Shown here piece by piece: positions 21,359-32,599 of a DNA stretch of 42,978 nucleotides. A program made the translations under genes and the position numbers. The notes below the pieces were generated by a model. The model had not been told where the DNA came from. It ran no database searches and saw only the letters and a list, made by a program, of their open reading frames with translations. The number at the start of each line of letters is the position of its first letter. Within the stretch, counting starts at the first letter, position 1. The DNA comes from Meyerozyma guilliermondii (Eukaryota): assembly GCA_051546255.1 (NCBI GenBank), contig CP128819.1:1116001-1158978 (forward strand). The letters are read 5' to 3'.

Positions 21359-23359
21359 ATGGGTCCAGTACCCCCAAATGCATATCCGCCGGGCAAACGG
21401 CTCACTGTTGGCTCCCACTCCGTGACCATAATCAAATATATTTCCCAGGGCGGTTTTGCACACGTTTATACTTGTGAAATCAACCCGCCTTTTCGGGGCC
21501 AAACCGTAGCATGCTTGAAGCGAGTGGTAGTTCCCAACAAGCTTCAACTCAATCTTCTACGCCAAGAAGTCGACGCCATGAAGCGTCTCAAGGGCAATGA
21601 CCACATCGTCTCATACATTGATTCCCATGCTTCTCGGTTGGTGTCAGCTGGGCAAGTTGGGGCCCCGACGTCGGCGCAGCAGTATGAAGTGTTTCTACTA
21701 ATGGAATACTGTTCTCGCAATGGACTCATTGACTTTATGAACTCTCGACTCTCGTACAAACTCACCGAGCCGGAAATCCTCACCATCATGAGAGACGTTA
21801 CCGTTGGAGTTGCAATGTGCCATCACCTACGTCCGCCATTGCTACACCGTGATATCAAGATTGAAAACGTTCTCATTGATTCCAATGGCTCCTACAAGTT
21901 GTGTGACTTTGGGCTGGCCGTGCCATACGCTCCGGTGCCACAGACTCCTCAGGAACTCCAGCTTCTTCATGACGATATAATGCATTATACCACTCCCCAG
22001 TACCGGGCTCCCGAGATGATAGATCTTTCACGGGGTTTTCCCATCGATGATAAGCTGGATATATGGGCCTTGGGGTGCTTTCTTTACAAATTGTGCTACT
22101 ATACAACGCCTTTTGAGCTGCCGGGCCATGCTAGCATGGCTGACTTGGAACGTCTGATTCTTCATTCTTCCACTACCCTCAAGATTCCCCACGACCAACC
22201 GGGCCTGATATTTCTGCCTCGTCTCAAGAACATGATCAAATGCTGCTTGCGGGAAGACCCCCGGCGCAGACCTAACGCAGTGCAATTGCTTCAAGAAGTT
22301 TGCGCGATGAAGAACGAGCCAGTACCCAACGTCTTGCCTTACACAATGAAGGACAAGTTTTCAAGACTGGAACCCTCGTTGGTGACTCATACTACAGAAC
22401 CACAACCGGACCAAATTCCTGTCAAAAAGGAAAAACCAAAGGATCCATTTGCATCAATTGACAAATCCAAGCTTCTCACTACAAAAAGTGATCTTGAGAC
22501 CAAAGCACTTCCCCGTCCCCATTCTACCTATATTTCGGCTAGCGTTGCCAAATCATCCTCAAGCTCTCGTCCTTTGAGCTACATTGACTCCACTTCTGCT
22601 ACCCTGCTCAAATCATTCGTGCACTCACAATTGGGCGATTCTACAAATTCCCATATAAACGACGGTCCTGGTACACTAGATTTCCTCCGGAGCAAGGAAG
22701 AAGAAAACGCCAAAAGTTTGGGCCTGCGACAAAATACTGGAGGCAGTTTCCGCCAGTCGTGGAAAGAGGGAATCAGAAGAATCAGTACCGGAAGCAGTAG
22801 CACTCATTCGACGGGTTACAATGGTTCTACGGAAAAGCGCAGTGCGTTTGGAACTATGAAAAAGGTATTGACTGGGGGTTCTTTCAGACGTGCAAGTACT
22901 AGTCCTGAGGAACCTGAACTGGAAGAATCTAGCTTGCTGATACAGAAAAGAATGGCCAGACTTCTCAACGGCTCCAATGACCACAAGGTGAAGAAAACTG
23001 CCGAAGGATACGGCAGATTCACAGACACGAAAGACTTTATTGATCTGGATGATATTGATGCCATAAATCGTGCGGAAGCAACGGTTTCAAACCCTATCGT
23101 CAAGAAAAACCATACCATCACTAGACGAACGATCCAGCCTCCTAAAGTCCCCAAGAGTCTATCGTACGAAAGCTCAAAAAAAACTGAACCGGCAATGCCT
23201 CCTAAGAAACCAGCCAAGAAACCTCCTCCGAAGCCCAAAAAGCCTTCTTTTTTGCAGGAGAAACACAAAAGAACCAGCGTTTCTAGCGACGACAGTTTGG
23301 TTCCGGATATCGATGATCTCGAAAAGCAGTTTGCAAAGCGGTTCCCAAGCTACGTATGA
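21359..23359 (+). CDS. PRK1: Ark1/Prk1-family (NAK) actin-regulating kinase
   Basis: LTVGSH.V.IIKYISQGGFAHVY, ACLKRV, HRDIKIEN, DFG(CTG=S), TTPQYRAPEMIDL; C-terminal PPPKPKKP and F.KRFPS. Confidence 0.9.
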   Translation: MGPVPPNAYPPGKRLTVGSHSVTIIKYISQGGFAHVYTCEINPPFRGQTVACLKRVVVPNKLQLNLLRQEVDAMKRLKGNDHIVSYIDSHASRLVSAGQVGAPTSAQQYEVFLLMEYCSRNGLIDFMNSRLSYKLTEPEILTIMRDVTVGVAMCHHLRPPLLHRDIKIENVLIDSNGSYKLCDFGLAVPYAPVPQTPQELQLLHDDIMHYTTPQYRAPEMIDLSRGFPIDDKLDIWALGCFLYKLCYYTTPFELPGHASMADLERLILHSSTTLKIPHDQPGLIFLPRLKNMIKCCLREDPRRRPNAVQLLQEVCAMKNEPVPNVLPYTMKDKFSRLEPSLVTHTTEPQPDQIPVKKEKPKDPFASIDKSKLLTTKSDLETKALPRPHSTYISASVAKSSSSSRPLSYIDSTSATLLKSFVHSQLGDSTNSHINDGPGTLDFLRSKEEENAKSLGLRQNTGGSFRQSWKEGIRRISTGSSSTHSTGYNGSTEKRSAFGTMKKVLTGGSFRRASTSPEEPELEESSLLIQKRMARLLNGSNDHKVKKTAEGYGRFTDTKDFIDLDDIDAINRAEATVSNPIVKKNHTITRRTIQPPKVPKSLSYESSKKTEPAMPPKKPAKKPPPKPKKPSFLQEKHKRTSVSSDDSLVPDIDDLEKQFAKRFPSYV

Positions 23360-23441
23360 GACTACTGTAAATCTACAAGCGATGTCAGAATACTCATACT
23401 ACAATCCTGCAACCATTACCTTTCATTAGCACAATATACAA

Positions 23442-25820
23442 CTACGAAGACTCCTCCGTCCCACTCAAGTCCTCTATAGAATCCAAGACAAAGTCTATTC
23501 CTTCGTTGAACTTGTCACTAATGACATCCCACAAGTTATCACTTCCTGACTTCAAGACCCTACCAAACTTTCTTCTTGGTCTTTTGTTTTCGTCTGCCGA
23601 GTCTGCAGCTCTGCCAGAACCAGTGGAAGTCCAGCAAGAATTGAGATGGCTGGTGAACACCACAGAATTTTGGTAATACCAATCTACCATTGATTCGTCC
23701 ATGACTGATACCAATGGCTTCAATGGAGATTTTGCTGCAAATGCTATGGTTCCTTTAACGACCTCTTTGATTTCTTGTGGTGGCCTTTTCGAATAAAGAT
23801 GGACAATTGCTTGGTACGCATCGCCAAATCCAACGAAAACGATTTTCTTGATGTTTGAAAAATAAGTGATGTAGTTGTCCCAAACGTAGAGAAGCAACTC
23901 CTGTGAGAAAATGGTAGGGCTGTAGGTTGATACAGAAGGGTTAGCCAAAGAGCCGATGGGCTTCGAGGGAAGAGCCAAGGATGGAATTTCGATATCCATG
24001 AAACCCAATTTTTCATTAGATGGTTCCGAGCTTTCTGCTAATTCAGACTTGACCTTTTCCATTATTTGCACCATTGGATGCTCAAGAACAACCGAAGAGC
24101 CTCCGTCAATGGTTCCAGAATTGGGTTCGATATTAGCCCAGATTTCGTGTGGATCGTGAATGGTGACAACCAACGTCTCGGCATTATATATATCAGGACT
24201 TGCAAGAATGAGATCGTCTTTGCGAGAAGGCATATCTGTGAAATAGGAACTCTTCGTATCTGCGGTAGCTGCTGTGACAATTGGCAAGTTGACAAAATTG
24301 TACTTTTCAAAGAGCTCGTTGGCCTGGTGCGATCGGATGGTATCGGCGATATTAGTGAGCTTGTATGCATTGGTATTGGTGGAGAGGTCAAAGACATCTT
24401 CAAAGGACTGTTTGGGCATTCCTATCCTCATGCATTTCCAGTATTGTGCCAATGCCTTCATGACCTCGTCAACGGTTTCAATGGTGTCAGACAGCGGAAG
24501 CGCAGAAATGGTGTTCTCTGGAGGTTCTCCTAGAAGCACTTTGGTTACGGCTAGAGCACCATTTGTGATGGAATCCAAATTGTAGCCTCCTTCCAATATG
24601 ACTGCAAGGTTTCCTCGGGCAATTCCTTTCAATAAATGGGTCATATACCCGTATCCTACAGGAGTGACATGGCATCCGCCAATGATATCACCATCAGCAG
24701 CGTCAAAACCCGAGCTGACAATCAACAAGTCCGGGTTGAACTCGTTGATCACAGGTAATATGATTTTGTTGAATGCATAGACGTAATCTCCATCTCCTTT
24801 TCCCGGGCAGTTCCAGGGGATATTTACCGAGTAACCTTCACCAGGACCCTCACCAACATTGCTATAATGGCCGTATTTCGTTCCTGGATAAAATCTGCCG
24901 TTTTCGTAGCGATGAAGTGAGATATAGAGAACTCTGGGATCGTTGTAGAATGCTTTTTGCGTACCATTTCCATGATGAATATCCCAGTCGATAATCACTA
25001 TTCTTCGCACAGACTCAGGGTAGTTCTTGAGAATGTTCTTGGCGGCCACCGCTACGTTACTGAACAAACAGAAACCTCCAGGGGTATCTGGCTCAGCATG
25101 ATGGCCCGGTGGCCGAACAATAGCCATTGAATTTTTCACTGTTCCTTCAACAACTGCCTTACAAGCCTCAATTGCTCCTCCGCACGAGAGCTTGGCAGAC
25201 AAGTAGGAGTCGTTATTGACGTAGATAGAGTCACCTTTTTCCGTTTCTTCGAGTAATTGGTCTCGCGACATTTTTTCAGTCGATTGAATATACAGCAAAT
25301 GCTCTTTTGAATGCACTTCGAGAATCTCTTCAGCAGTGGCTTCTCTTACGGGAATTTTGGTCATGTAGGGTCCCAAATGGTCGCTTCCAGACAATGAAGT
25401 ATCGTGAATTAAACCGGTTTCGGCCAACTTTTTGTAGATTCGATAAATTCTTCGAGGGTCTTCCGGGTGAGGATCAATGTACTCAAAGTACGACGTGAAG
25501 ATCTTGGCGTGGTATCTCATTCGTACGTCGTAAACTAACCCGGTTTTCAATGGTACGTAGAAAAGTTGCGGTTGTGCTGGCGGCACCACCACCATGCCCC
25601 CATTTTCTTTCAGGGCTACCGACATCGGCTCCGCTTTTGTGGGGCCATTTTTGGATTCTGTATGCTCTTCTAGCTTGATTCTCTTGTTTTCTGCGCCATT
25701 CGTGTCTCCGTCGTGATTTTCCAACGGGTGTTTCCCATCGAGCTCTGGAGTTTGTCGTGAGCTTGTATCCTCCAATTTCATGGCACCTGGTGCCTGGGGT
25801 GTGTCCTCAAATTGAGACAT
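23442..25820 (-). CDS. HDA1: Class II histone deacetylase Hda1 (catalytic plus Arb2 domain)
   Basis: KTGLVYDVRMRYHA..DPHPEDPRRI, RPPGHHA, GGFCLFSNVA, DWDIHHGNGTQ and LEGGY. The start at ATG 25820 is a best guess. Confidence 0.95.
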   Translation of the reverse strand: MSQFEDTPQAPGAMKLEDTSSRQTPELDGKHPLENHDGDTNGAENKRIKLEEHTESKNGPTKAEPMSVALKENGGMVVVPPAQPQLFYVPLKTGLVYDVRMRYHAKIFTSYFEYIDPHPEDPRRIYRIYKKLAETGLIHDTSLSGSDHLGPYMTKIPVREATAEEILEVHSKEHLLYIQSTEKMSRDQLLEETEKGDSIYVNNDSYLSAKLSCGGAIEACKAVVEGTVKNSMAIVRPPGHHAEPDTPGGFCLFSNVAVAAKNILKNYPESVRRIVIIDWDIHHGNGTQKAFYNDPRVLYISLHRYENGRFYPGTKYGHYSNVGEGPGEGYSVNIPWNCPGKGDGDYVYAFNKIILPVINEFNPDLLIVSSGFDAADGDIIGGCHVTPVGYGYMTHLLKGIARGNLAVILEGGYNLDSITNGALAVTKVLLGEPPENTISALPLSDTIETVDEVMKALAQYWKCMRIGMPKQSFEDVFDLSTNTNAYKLTNIADTIRSHQANELFEKYNFVNLPIVTAATADTKSSYFTDMPSRKDDLILASPDIYNAETLVVTIHDPHEIWANIEPNSGTIDGGSSVVLEHPMVQIMEKVKSELAESSEPSNEKLGFMDIEIPSLALPSKPIGSLANPSVSTYSPTIFSQELLLYVWDNYITYFSNIKKIVFVGFGDAYQAIVHLYSKRPPQEIKEVVKGTIAFAAKSPLKPLVSVMDESMVDWYYQNSVVFTSHLNSCWTSTGSGRAADSADENKRPRRKFGRVLKSGSDNLWDVISDKFNEGIDFVLDSIEDLSGTEESS

Positions 25821-26424
25821 GTTGTTCACGACTTCGTGGGCACCTCTATTGTTTTGAGAGAAAATTGAACAATATAGAAATAAACTAATGAAGATCTCAT
25901 TTCCGGATAATCTGAAGGAAGCCACAGCGGACACCGGTACACCGCATGCCGCTGCCTGCCAAGCGAAACGGTAAATATAGCCTGGCGTGGACATGCGAGC
26001 AACTTTGATGCAGGGGCGGGGTATTGAACGAGAGATACGATCGAGTAGATAGTGGTAATCAGCTCCCTGGTAATAGTTACTCAAAAAAGGCTTTTGCAAT
26101 ATGGCCTTTACCCATGCGCCAGCTGCTTCTCTGACAGATATATGCGTCTCGCATGCGTCTTTTTCGATGGGCATCAGGACCAATTTATGGGCTACAAAAG
26201 TATTTTTTGGCTTGATTTGCAACTATCTACATTGATTTACACCATGAGCATGCCCATAAATGCAACTTTTGCCGCTAGCAGCCCCAACAACAAGCCGTTA
26301 CTTGCTCATTATAGGTGGGGCCTATGCAGTTCGTGCATATGCACATTCTTTAGGTGCATGGCGCATACGTATTTTTCTCAATAGACGGGTAGTGGCATAT
26401 GCAGGTCGATGTCGATGGAAATTC

Positions 26425-27348
26425 ATGTCTACCCTTTTAACGGCGGATGCCAGAGATTGGCATGATGCGCATGGGTACCCGGAAGCTGACGTTGTGTATG
26501 CGGAGGCTCTAGAAAAGCAGAAAAATTGTGGAGGGTTTTCCTGGACATTTGAGCTGGTTGATGGATTTTTCAAGCAGTCCGACGATGAAACCGATGACAT
26601 GGCTTTTGAGTATACGAAGCAAGATTTCGGGCGGAAAATGACGTGGGAGGAAATACGGTCCAAGGTGCATGAGCTCAATGCTAAATCAAACGAAAATACT
26701 TGTTACAAAGTGCTTTTTCTAGCTAGGCATGGCCAAGGTTGGCACAATATTGCAAGTGCCAAATATCTGGCACAAGAATGGCATGATAAATGGAGATTTT
26801 TGGGATACGATGGCGAAATCACCTGGGGACCTGACCCACATCTTACAGAATTGGGAGTCAAGCAAGCGCAAGAAAATCGAGACGCTTGGGGTCACCAGCT
26901 TCAAATGAACGCTCCTATTCCTACCGTCCATTTTGTGTCTCCTCTTCAAAGATCTTGTCGTACGCTTGAGGAAACATGGAGAGGAATTGAAATATCCCCA
27001 CCAATTGTCTCGGAGCTTGTTCGTGAAACAATTGGGTTGCATTTATGTCATAAAAGAAGCAAGAAACTGGAGATCCAGAACCGGTTTCCAAGTTTTACAT
27101 TTGAGGACAATTTCACCGAGAAAGACCAACTTTTCGATTCATTCCAGCGCAGAGAAGAGTATTATGAGCAATTTCTTCGAGCCAACCGCTTCTTGCAAAA
27201 TTTATTTGATACCTTTAAAGATGAGTATGTCTCAATCACATCGCATGCGGGCATGATAAGAGCATTCATTACCGTGGTGGGCCACCGCAAATTCACGGTT
27301 CCCACTGGTGGTATGGTTCCAGTAGTGGTGAAGGGGACAAGAAGTTGA
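26425..27348 (+). CDS. Histidine-phosphatase / phosphoglycerate-mutase family protein (Pmu1-like)
   Basis: YKVLFLARHGQGWHN, DPHLTELG..QA, SPLQRS..T, RETIG.H.C.KR and ITSHAG; probable start ATG 26425. Confidence 0.88.
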   Translation: MSTLLTADARDWHDAHGYPEADVVYAEALEKQKNCGGFSWTFELVDGFFKQSDDETDDMAFEYTKQDFGRKMTWEEIRSKVHELNAKSNENTCYKVLFLARHGQGWHNIASAKYLAQEWHDKWRFLGYDGEITWGPDPHLTELGVKQAQENRDAWGHQLQMNAPIPTVHFVSPLQRSCRTLEETWRGIEISPPIVSELVRETIGLHLCHKRSKKLEIQNRFPSFTFEDNFTEKDQLFDSFQRREEYYEQFLRANRFLQNLFDTFKDEYVSITSHAGMIRAFITVVGHRKFTVPTGGMVPVVVKGTRS

Positions 27349-27624
27349 AGGAAATGAACAAGAGTAAAAAATTCCTAGCATAATTAGAATCTTATTAGAG
27401 CAATTAATATTTACAGTTGAGTTCTTCTCTCATTGTTCATTCCTATTCCTTTGGTGTTCTCGACCTCTTCATAAAGCTAAAAGCTCTAATTGTCATCATT
27501 TCTCACTTTGACGATCCTGACATTTTGAGTTCCTAGTTCCTTCGATTTGAGCTTCAAAGTTCTTAGCTGGCTTTCTAGGTACAGTTCTTGAGTTCTCAAA
27601 AGTTTATGAGTTCTTCTCTTTTCT

Positions 27625-28758
27625 TCAGTATGGTTTAAACTTTACATCCTTCTTTCTCTGTTTCTTCTCCTTCTTCTTTTTCTTCTTCTTTTCCTCCTTT
27701 GATTTTTCAGTTTTGTGGGATTCCTTTTTAGCTGGTACTTCTTTGACAGTTTCTGTAACCACAGGTTTGTACTTCAATTCCCATGGCATCACCCAACTTC
27801 TGATGGCACCGTCCTCACCACAAGTCAAAATTGTGTTTGTATTTAATGCAAGAACGTCCCTGACCACTTCTTCATCGTGGGCTCCAGGAAACCAGCATGG
27901 TTGGGTTTGATCTACCAGTTCGGCTTCGCAGTCAAAAGGAAGTATAGTTAATTTTCTCTGAGAATTGGCACCATAAGCAACATATCCACAATGTGGACTT
28001 GCCTTGATCACATATTCACAGTCCGACCATATCGTACGAACATCTCCAATGATTTTGGGTTGTGGTTCCTCGGCATTTTCATAGTCTTGGTTGTTCAACT
28101 CAAAATATCCCAAAGTTTCCATATGAGATAAAACTGCTATCCGTCGTTCCTGAATAAACTGACACGAATGCACCGATGCAAAATTGATAACCTGGTGAAG
28201 AGCATCCTCTTCGTCTTCTTGGGAAAGATCGTAAATGTTAACGTAACCGTCGGTTGAACCAGACATTAAGTATTGTGATAAAGAAGGATGAAATTCAAGG
28301 TATGTTACATCGTCATGATGTGAGTCGATAAATGAGCGTACTGGCTCTATACTGTCTTTTTTCAAGTCCCAAATATGAACTTCGGCATCTTGACCTGCCA
28401 ATTCAGTTCCACCAGCTAGACGATGGTTGGCATAAGTCAATGAAAGAAACGGCGAATTTTTAGCGTTTGTTAGCGTCTTCAAAGGCAATTGGGGAGACGA
28501 TATGTCCCACACCTTGATTCCATCGCCAGAACACGATGCAATATGAAGATTATCTATTTTGACAATGGCATTGATACTGCTATCATGGGCTGCAATTACT
28601 ACCGGTTCAGATTGAGTATTCGAAACATCAAAAATGTACAATTTCCCGGAACTGGAAGAAACTACAAACTTGCCATCCATATCTAGCAACGAAAGCGCCC
28701 ATTCCCCACTGGGAAGGTTCCATGTATTCTGCAACTGGGCCCTCATTGAGATGCTCAT
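27625..28758 (-). CDS. WD40 protein of the YNL035C/WDR89 type with a Lys-rich tail
   Basis: AGGTEL..DAEVHIWD, SHHDDVT..FHP...LMSGSTDGYVNIYDL..EEDALHQVINFASVHS and AHDEEVVRD. Start is 28758 or 28746; PAC-like GCTCATCG and CGATGAG lie nearby. Confidence 0.85.
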   Translation of the reverse strand: MSISMRAQLQNTWNLPSGEWALSLLDMDGKFVVSSSSGKLYIFDVSNTQSEPVVIAAHDSSINAIVKIDNLHIASCSGDGIKVWDISSPQLPLKTLTNAKNSPFLSLTYANHRLAGGTELAGQDAEVHIWDLKKDSIEPVRSFIDSHHDDVTYLEFHPSLSQYLMSGSTDGYVNIYDLSQEDEEDALHQVINFASVHSCQFIQERRIAVLSHMETLGYFELNNQDYENAEEPQPKIIGDVRTIWSDCEYVIKASPHCGYVAYGANSQRKLTILPFDCEAELVDQTQPCWFPGAHDEEVVRDVLALNTNTILTCGEDGAIRSWVMPWELKYKPVVTETVKEVPAKKESHKTEKSKEEKKKKKKKEKKQRKKDVKFKPY

Positions 28759-28856
28759 CGAAGCGCTTGTTGCATAGTAGTTTGTATTAGGTAATTGGTG
28801 CACTGGATGTGTTCTGTGCATTGTACGGGTTTAATTGTATTCGATGAGATAACACC

Positions 28857-30617
28857 ATGAGTAGTGTTGTAAAGAAGTCACTTTTCGCTCCGAAAATCAA
28901 AAAAAATGCTTTGCGGCGTAAATCGGTCACGCTGACTACCCCGTTAACTCCTCCAGCAACACAGGCAAAACCTGCTAGTGAAGATACTGTCAAATTTCGC
29001 ATCGGTCAATTATCTGAAAGTGCCGTGGTTGCGGAAGAAGAGGCGCTAGACCCTCAGGATTCGTCTAAAGGTGTAGTATCCGAGCCCACAAAAGCTACTG
29101 GGGAAGGCGAAAGCGATATAGAGGAAGACTATGGCGAAAACGATATATTTAACGAACCTACAATCACAAGAAGACAATCACTGGTTGCTTCCCAAAGACG
29201 TCTATCGGGTATTACGCCTCCAGTGGTCCGGCAGAGGCTAGGGTCGATCTCAGCGGGTCCAACCGCCTCAAATGTAACTGAAGAAAATGCTCCTCCGATG
29301 CGAATTTCTATCCCGGTAGCCAAGCCTACCAAGAGAAGAAGGTCTCTGGTGGCTCAGCGGCCTACCGTTTTGAAGACACCGATGTTGCGGAGTGGTGGTG
29401 CTACAGTGGTGGCTGAACCTGGTCCAAATGTCGAGAAAGTGGCAGAAATTGCTCTCGAAACTGGTAAGAAATATGTGATGGGAATTGATCCGAAAACCAA
29501 CAAACTACGCAAATTCAGAGTAAATGGTAATGCTTCGGAGGCCGAGTTCACAGAGTCTGTTTCAGAAGGCGTGCCGGAAGATGAAGAAGATGGCGAGTAC
29601 GATGGTCCAGAGAAGATACCTGTAGCTCCCAAGAACCTTGAGACAAGAATAACCAGCATCAAACAACTTCCTCGTATGATTCGCGAGGAGGACATTCCTC
29701 TTTTGGAGCGAGTTCAGTTGGACGTGAGTGATATAACGATGGCTGATTTGTGTAAGCCAACATTGGAGATTGGTCAAATAAGTGAAAACTTTAATTTGGT
29801 AAAAGCGGCTCAGAAGCGGATTCGTAATGAGCGGAAACAAAGGAGGCTGGAAAGGCTTCAGGCACGGTTGGAGCGTCGGGCATTGAATGATGCGGACACC
29901 GTGAAGCTCAAGACCGAAGAATCACAGAGGAAAAAGGCCCAAAATGAGCTTCTCAACCACGACGAACCAGCATCACAATCTTCAGGTTTACGACTCAAAC
30001 TTGACAAATCTGGTAAATTGGGCGTGGACGAAGACTCCACCATAGTCAACAGACATCGTAATACAACCAACCTGACTATGTCAAGAGAAGAGTCCAATCC
30101 ATTTGAGAACCCTGTGACATCTTCTACATATTCCAGACGAAAACACACCGACCGATGGACACCGGACGAGGCAATTCAGTTTTATAATGCGCTCAGCACC
30201 TGGGGTACTGACTTTACTTTCATTGCACAGCTCTTCCCGTATAGAACAAGGAAGCAGATCAAACTGAAGTTTAACTTGGAGGAGAAGAAGTATCCCGAGA
30301 TTGTCGAATTGGCACTCAAAAGGAAACTTCCTGTGGATTTCGAAAAGTACTGCTTGCAGTCAAATAACAAGATAGAATCGTTGGAATACTACAATGAACA
30401 ACTCCGCCAGGTGCGGGTGACTCATGAGGAGCATATGGCATTGATCAAGCTGGAAAGAGAAAGGGCACTCAAGGAGGATGCCGAGGCGAATCGTCGCCGA
30501 GAAATAGAGATAAGAACTGGATCCAAGCCAATGACAAGAGCAGAAAAGTTGAAGGAACTTCGAAAGAATGAGATGGTGGTGGGTCTGATAGACGATAAGA
30601 AGCGCGAGGAGGAATAG
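28857..30617 (+). CDS. BDP1: TFIIIB subunit Bdp1 (B'')
   Basis: MSSVVKK..FAPK N-terminus, TMADLCKP, ENPVTSSTYS and SANT domain WTPDE..FYNALSTWGTDF..IAQLFPYRTRKQIK.KF..EEKK.P. Confidence 0.93.
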   Translation: MSSVVKKSLFAPKIKKNALRRKSVTLTTPLTPPATQAKPASEDTVKFRIGQLSESAVVAEEEALDPQDSSKGVVSEPTKATGEGESDIEEDYGENDIFNEPTITRRQSLVASQRRLSGITPPVVRQRLGSISAGPTASNVTEENAPPMRISIPVAKPTKRRRSLVAQRPTVLKTPMLRSGGATVVAEPGPNVEKVAEIALETGKKYVMGIDPKTNKLRKFRVNGNASEAEFTESVSEGVPEDEEDGEYDGPEKIPVAPKNLETRITSIKQLPRMIREEDIPLLERVQLDVSDITMADLCKPTLEIGQISENFNLVKAAQKRIRNERKQRRLERLQARLERRALNDADTVKLKTEESQRKKAQNELLNHDEPASQSSGLRLKLDKSGKLGVDEDSTIVNRHRNTTNLTMSREESNPFENPVTSSTYSRRKHTDRWTPDEAIQFYNALSTWGTDFTFIAQLFPYRTRKQIKLKFNLEEKKYPEIVELALKRKLPVDFEKYCLQSNNKIESLEYYNEQLRQVRVTHEEHMALIKLERERALKEDAEANRRREIEIRTGSKPMTRAEKLKELRKNEMVVGLIDDKKREEE

Positions 30618-31333
30618 ACAAGCAGAAATTTGTGGTGTCTGTTTAATGGAACCGCAATAAAGGACATTGAGCAAATTATAAGTCAAAACTTTAGGTTTGG
30701 CATTGATGAAGGTGTGGCCATATGGCTTATCGAGTATTAATTCTGATCACCAAGAATGACATTTATTTCATTGTTCACTGCTCAATTCGCAGCCAAATTT
30801 TACCGCGAACTTATCAGGTTAAAGTGACAATAGTACGAATAGAATACGACGTTTATATGTAAAGTACACTTTCGTGAGTAGTTTGTTAAGTGTGGAATAT
30901 TGACAATACTGTACCAATATGGTAAAAGTAGAAGCGATACTGAAAATTTGCAGCAATAGTGGTGCGAAAATTTCACAAGCATCAGAAATCTAAATGGAGG
31001 AAGAAAACAATTTTCGGCATTTTTTAACAAGTGCGTGTCCTAAGTTTGGCGAATTTCTTCAATAACTTGAGATCTTTCCAGTATCTGCACTTTAATGAAT
31101 TTTGCAACTATCAGTATCAAATACATTCAAAAAAAAAATGGATCAAACAAACCGAAAGAGCCGAGCAGTAGATCAATTCCTCAGACTCAATTGCCTACAC
31201 TAAAGTTAGTTTCACTTCTTCATCCCATCTTCTTATTTTCTCCATTTCCCATTTCGTCCTCTGTGCAAGGTCTCGCAACATCACGTGTTGACTCGTTCTC
31301 TGAGTCAACCTTTATCACTTTGATATTCATACC

Positions 31334-32056
31334 ATGTCTTCGCCCAAGGACTACGTGTTGGAGGTGACTCCGATGCCTCAGGATTCCGACAGTGGGCTCA
31401 TCAAGTTTACCGTAAAGCCTCGGCCCGGACTTTTTCGATATATACAATTATCATTGGCATCTGCGATTTCGGTTGCAATCGTAGCGATCATAGCACATGA
31501 ATTTTTCAGCATGGGAGGATTCCAGGGGATCTGGGGCCGCCTGAACTACCCCGAAAGCACATTTGTATGGTCATTGGTGGCACAGAGGTTTCAAAACGTT
31601 CCAATCAACGAACCACGTTTTTTGGTGTTGTTGGGATTGATCTTGATTTTGGCATTTTTGATGTGTAAACGACAACCGGAAGACTCCATGTTGGTGATTC
31701 GAGACGTTGGGATCCAGTTGGATTCGGTTCTGGGATGGCGATTCACCAATAAGAGTGACAAGAGCATGTTCATTGCCCTGAAAGATATCATTGATATCGT
31801 AATAAATGAGGGCTTTCATGGTTACGGCCAAGTAATATTCTACATGTGCATACTAAGACGGTCGCAAAAAGACGATACAGAAGAAAAACCATTGCAAATA
31901 GTATTTCCACAGTTGTTGCCGCGAAAAGATATTTTGCTTCAGGTGTGGAAACAAAGTCGCCAGGTGCTCTTTGGAAGTTCGCGCCGGTACTGGCGCCGTG
32001 TTCCGGGGCAGGGCCTCCGCGAGTGCAGCATGGAGGATCTTACAAAAAACACCTGA
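31334..32056 (+). CDS. GPI15: GPI-GlcNAc transferase subunit Gpi15/PIG-H
   Basis: Two hydrophobic segments; DSMLVIRDVGIQL, FI...DIIDIVINEGF...QVIFYMCIL and VFPQLLPR; follows BDP1 as in S. cerevisiae. Confidence 0.88.
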   Translation: MSSPKDYVLEVTPMPQDSDSGLIKFTVKPRPGLFRYIQLSLASAISVAIVAIIAHEFFSMGGFQGIWGRLNYPESTFVWSLVAQRFQNVPINEPRFLVLLGLILILAFLMCKRQPEDSMLVIRDVGIQLDSVLGWRFTNKSDKSMFIALKDIIDIVINEGFHGYGQVIFYMCILRRSQKDDTEEKPLQIVFPQLLPRKDILLQVWKQSRQVLFGSSRRYWRRVPGQGLRECSMEDLTKNT

Positions 32057-32599
32057 AAAGGTGTGTGAGAGTAATTTGTATAGAGAAATTGTACACGATG
32101 AATAGTACAATGTTAGAAGTGCAAAGTCAAAATAGCCGAATTGTAGATTGTCAGCCTGTCAATGATATCATCGCCCCTAACCTCTCCCGCGCACTTTAGT
32201 CTGGTATTTACACCGAGTCTTTTTATAGTATTTTTGGCCGCTTATGTCAGCGCTTATTTCGCTTAATGCTCACAAACGGCTCGTTAAAAACAACATCACC
32301 GTTTACAAATCCACAGCGACCTGGCATCTGCTTTCACGTTGCCCCAACTTTTTCGGAGGACTTTTAATCACTCAGGGACGCTACCAGTGCTTCTGAAACC
32401 ACTTGTCACTCCGAAACCTCTCCTGCGTTTTGCGCTGGTGGACGACGGTGTTTACCGCGTCGACGTTTTCAAATCAAAAACCGGTGATTTTTAATCAAAT
32501 TGGCTTGATTCGTATCTTATAAGCCCACTTTGGCCATATTAATGATATCTACTTGAAACTCCGCTATATTATCCAACTATTATTCACTCATTTATCCTA

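Noticed and set aside
21226..21435. Apparent head-to-head overlap of the RCM1 and PRK1 ORFs, and similar N-terminal extensions of HDA1, UTP23, LYS12, PRX1 and the PMU1-like gene
   Set aside because: The extensions come from near-cognate or spurious upstream starts. Family similarity begins at the downstream ATGs, which removes the overlaps.
30703..30746. Box C (TGATGA) and box D (CTGA) pair as a possible snoRNA
   Set aside because: The span is only about 44 nt, with no recognisable rRNA guide sequence.
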